Source: the human T2T-CHM13v2.0 reference genome, Homo sapiens
DNA length: 64,000 nucleotides
Strand: one strand, 5' to 3'
Assembly (NCBI RefSeq): GCF_009914755.1
Contig: NC_060934.1
Shown here: positions 61,081-64,000 of the stretch, piece by piece
Layout of the letters: every line of letters begins with the position of its first letter
How positions within the stretch are numbered: the stretch's first letter is position 1
Made by a program: the position numbers and the translations under genes
The notes under the pieces: model-generated
Databases searched by the model: none
The model's input: the letters and a program-made list of their open reading frames with translations, nothing else
What the model was told of the DNA's origin: nothing

Positions 61081-62869
61081 AAGAGGAGAAGGATGGAAGA
61101 AAAGATGGAGAGATGAGGAAAGAGGACAGCAGGAAGAGAAAAACAGAGGAAGGAAAGGCAGAAAGATGGGAAAATGTGAAGAAAGGATTCTCTTTGGGTT
61201 CGGGTGGCTGAGAGGTTGGATGGTGGTGAGCAGGTGCCTGGGAATGTTCCAGAAACTCTTCCACTCAGTCACCACAATGAGGTCCACTGTGTCCGTCTCA
61301 GCATGGCCATGTGCCACCTGTGGGAAGGAGCTTGGGTCCAGAGAAGGGAGGGTCTTCTTTTCCAGTGGCTCTGTCCCCAAGCCTGAGGCTTTCTCAGCAC
61401 TGCCGGGGCCTCTGGAGAATGATTTCATTGGTCCTGCTCTCTGTACTTTGCCCACACCACGGCAGATAACTTTCCGTCAGCTGTTAGCATGGCCCACAAT
61501 GCCTTGAAGGCTGAGGCTCCATCTTCTGTCTGGACACTCTCACTCAATGGGCTTCAGCCACAGCGGTCTTCTCTCTTCACCTAAAGCCAACCAAACTCTT
61601 TTCTGTCCAGGACCTTTGCACACACAGTTCTCAGGCCTGGGTGCTCCCCTCAACACGCCTGAGCCTGCCAAGGTCTGGAGGTCTAAGGTACATGTTACCA
61701 AATAACCAGGCTTTTTATTTCCTATTCTCAGACTAGATTTACTCCTTTACATCAGCCACAAACTCTAGTTTCCTATCCAATATTAAGAATCACAGTGCTG
61801 CTGTCAGAAAATAGGTGAGATTTGCCTGTTTCACTTCATGCCATTTGTGAAACCACTCCCACGTCTACGCATGCCCACAAGTAAAGGCAAATGCCAACCT
61901 GCGGGGCCTGGCTGCTCCCAGTTGCTGGGTCCCTGAGGCCCATGTGCATTGGGTCCCAGCCTCCTCCCTTAAGGGCATCACTTCACCAAACACAAAGTTC
62001 CTGGCAATCACCTGCCTCTGCACAGTTTTGAACCTGGGAATGTGAAAATTCTCTAGGTTCCTTCCTGACTCATGGAGCTCATAGCTGGGCTGCTGCTCCT
62101 GCATTAGCATGCAGCCAGTGCATCTCAGTTTGAAATCTGAGAGCAAAGAGCAGCGGCCTCAACCGTGAAAAACAAACCCAATACAATTCCCGGTTGGAGC
62201 TTGTGGGTTCTTCTCTAAAACCCACAGGCTCAGCTTCCCAGCTTTGCCTTGAGTCCATCTATAAATTACTTTTATAGGAATGTTATCATGTTATTGAAAA
62301 GCAATAAAGACTTGCTAGACATGCAGCTCTACTGTTTCTGCAATCTTGTGTGGATGGCTTCTATGTGCTACCTCACCCATCTTCATCCAAGCTACTCAAG
62401 CCCCTTAATACCTCCTGGTGGATCTTTCCCTTAATCACCTTTTAGCTTAAGAACAAAGAATCCACTCCAAATGGAATAATATTACTACCAGATTATTCTT
62501 ATATCTCAATATCTATAGGGAGCTAACAGCTGGGTCAAAGAACATAAATAACATGTGGATTTTATTTGAGAGTGAACTCTTACCAACAGGGAAGCTGCTG
62601 CCTCCTAATGTTTCTATAAAGTCTCTTGGTGTTTTGTACAGGGATTGCTTTCAAACACATGAGATCTCAACTACTCTTCAACTTTGCAGACTGCTTTCCT
62701 CTTTGAGCTCTGATAGAAAATAATCCACAGGGCTGGGTGCCACCTCCTTCCCCTAGGGGCTGCACGGTCCCCTGCTGTGCGGCTGCAGAGCCACCTGCCC
62801 TCCCTGGGACTGTCCCACTTGCTCTGGGGGGCCACAAGGAGGCAGGGAGGGCAGGATGCCTCACAGGCC

Positions 62870-63250
62870 CTCAGCTCACTATTGCTGCTCTGCTACCCAG
62901 GCCGTCATTGAAGGGGCTACTGGGCAGTCTGCTTCCAGGCTCCATCCAACGTCCAGGTCTCCTCTTCAGCCTGAGACTGAAGCTGACCACGTCATTCCAT
63001 CTAAAATCCCTTATGGAACCTATTGTTTGCAGGATGAAGTCTCAGATCCTCCCTTGGAACCTGGATGTGCCTGGGTCCCACCCTGCCTGCCTCTCACCTG
63101 GTCTCCTGACCCTCTCCAGCTTTTCCTAAGGTTGCCTAGAGCTGGGGGGCTTCTCCTGAGCCCACCCACAGGGCTGCAGCTCCCCCACATGTTGCTGGAG
63201 CTGTTTCCTTTCCTTTACATAATTTCTTATTCTTTTTCTCCACCTGAATA
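62870..63250 (+). mobile_element. L2 fragment
   Basis: gctgaccacgtcattccatctaaaatccctta...ctattgtttgcaggatgaagtctcagatcct. Confidence 0.5.
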
Positions 63251-63441
63251 ACTACATACTTATCCTTCAGGATGCACGTGTGTGTGTGTGTGCATGTGTG
63301 TATACATGTGCTGCATGCTTCCCTAAAAGAGAAGAGAAATGCTTCCAGTGACAATGAAACAGTGGCAGTGGGACAGAGCAGAAAGCTGGGGTCAGCCCCA
63401 GGGACTTCTCCACTGCCACCTCCTCTTGTGTAATTTAGGGG

Positions 63442-63814
63442 TGTATTAGTCTGCTAGGGCTGCCATAACAAGAAGCCACCAGCTGTGTGGCTTAAGCAAC
63501 AGAAATGTATTTTTTCACCATGCTGGAGGCTGGAAGCCCAAGATCAAGGTGTTGCAAGGTTGGTTTCTCCTAAGGCCTCTCTCCTTGCCTTGCAGATGCT
63601 GCCTTCTCCCTGTATCTTCACGTGGTCTGTGTGTGCCTGTGTCCTAATATCCTCTTCTTATAAGGACTCCAGTCATATGGGATTAGGCCCCCGCAACAAC
63701 TCCATCTTACCTTAATCACCTCTTTAAAGGTCTTCCCTCCAAATGCAGTCTCATTCTGTGAAATGGGGATCAAGATTTCAACACATGGATTTTGTGGGAC
63801 AAGTTCAGCCCACA
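63442..63814 (-). mobile_element. MLT1B-like solo LTR
   Basis: tgtattagtctgctagggctgccataaca...tcctcttcttataaggactccagtcata...taatcacctctttaaagg. Confidence 0.85.
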
Positions 63815-64000
63815 CTGGGAAGCGGTCCTTTCTCCAACCTGGCCTCAGTTGCTCTTTCCCTCTGTAATAGGACTGTTGGGGGCTCATGACAGTAATCTTG
63901 TGGGTCCTCTGCTGCTTTCAATTTTCTGGAAGAAGAGTCAGGCAAGGTGAACCCAGAGCTGAAGCCATTCCATCCTTTTGCTGTTCTGTCAGAAAATGAG

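Overview
Primate (very likely human) repeat-rich intergenic or intronic DNA. I recognise no host protein-coding gene, RNA gene or CRISPR array; the long ORFs are decayed LINE-1 ORF1/ORF2 pieces or Alu/microsatellite read-through. The notable part is a nested retrotransposon cluster at about 6.0-22.8 kb. (1) A near-full-length L1PA3/4-like element on + (L1-A, 6046-11683) has a ~529-bp microhomology-flanked deletion that removes the end of ORF1 and the start of ORF2. (2) A 5'-truncated L1PA8-like host (13457-22745) carries its own ~250-bp 3' transduction and a 17-bp target-site duplication (TSD). (3) Inserted antisense inside that host is a full-length L1PA4/5-like element (L1-B, 14914-21160). 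It appears to be a spliced element: a 217-nt 5'UTR segment is missing, starting exactly at the GAG|GT donor. It also carried an ~870-bp 3' transduction containing a MIR and an AluY, with almost no poly(A) tail. (4) The two inverted young L1s share identical frameshifts, a stop codon and more than 15 private substitutions over ~1.2 kb. This indicates gene conversion between them and makes the interval a candidate for recurrent inversion. The rest of the window is ordinary old L1M, L2, MIR, Alu, MLT/MER21 LTR and hAT DNA-transposon debris. Subfamily calls come from remembered consensus motifs, not from a RepeatMasker run.
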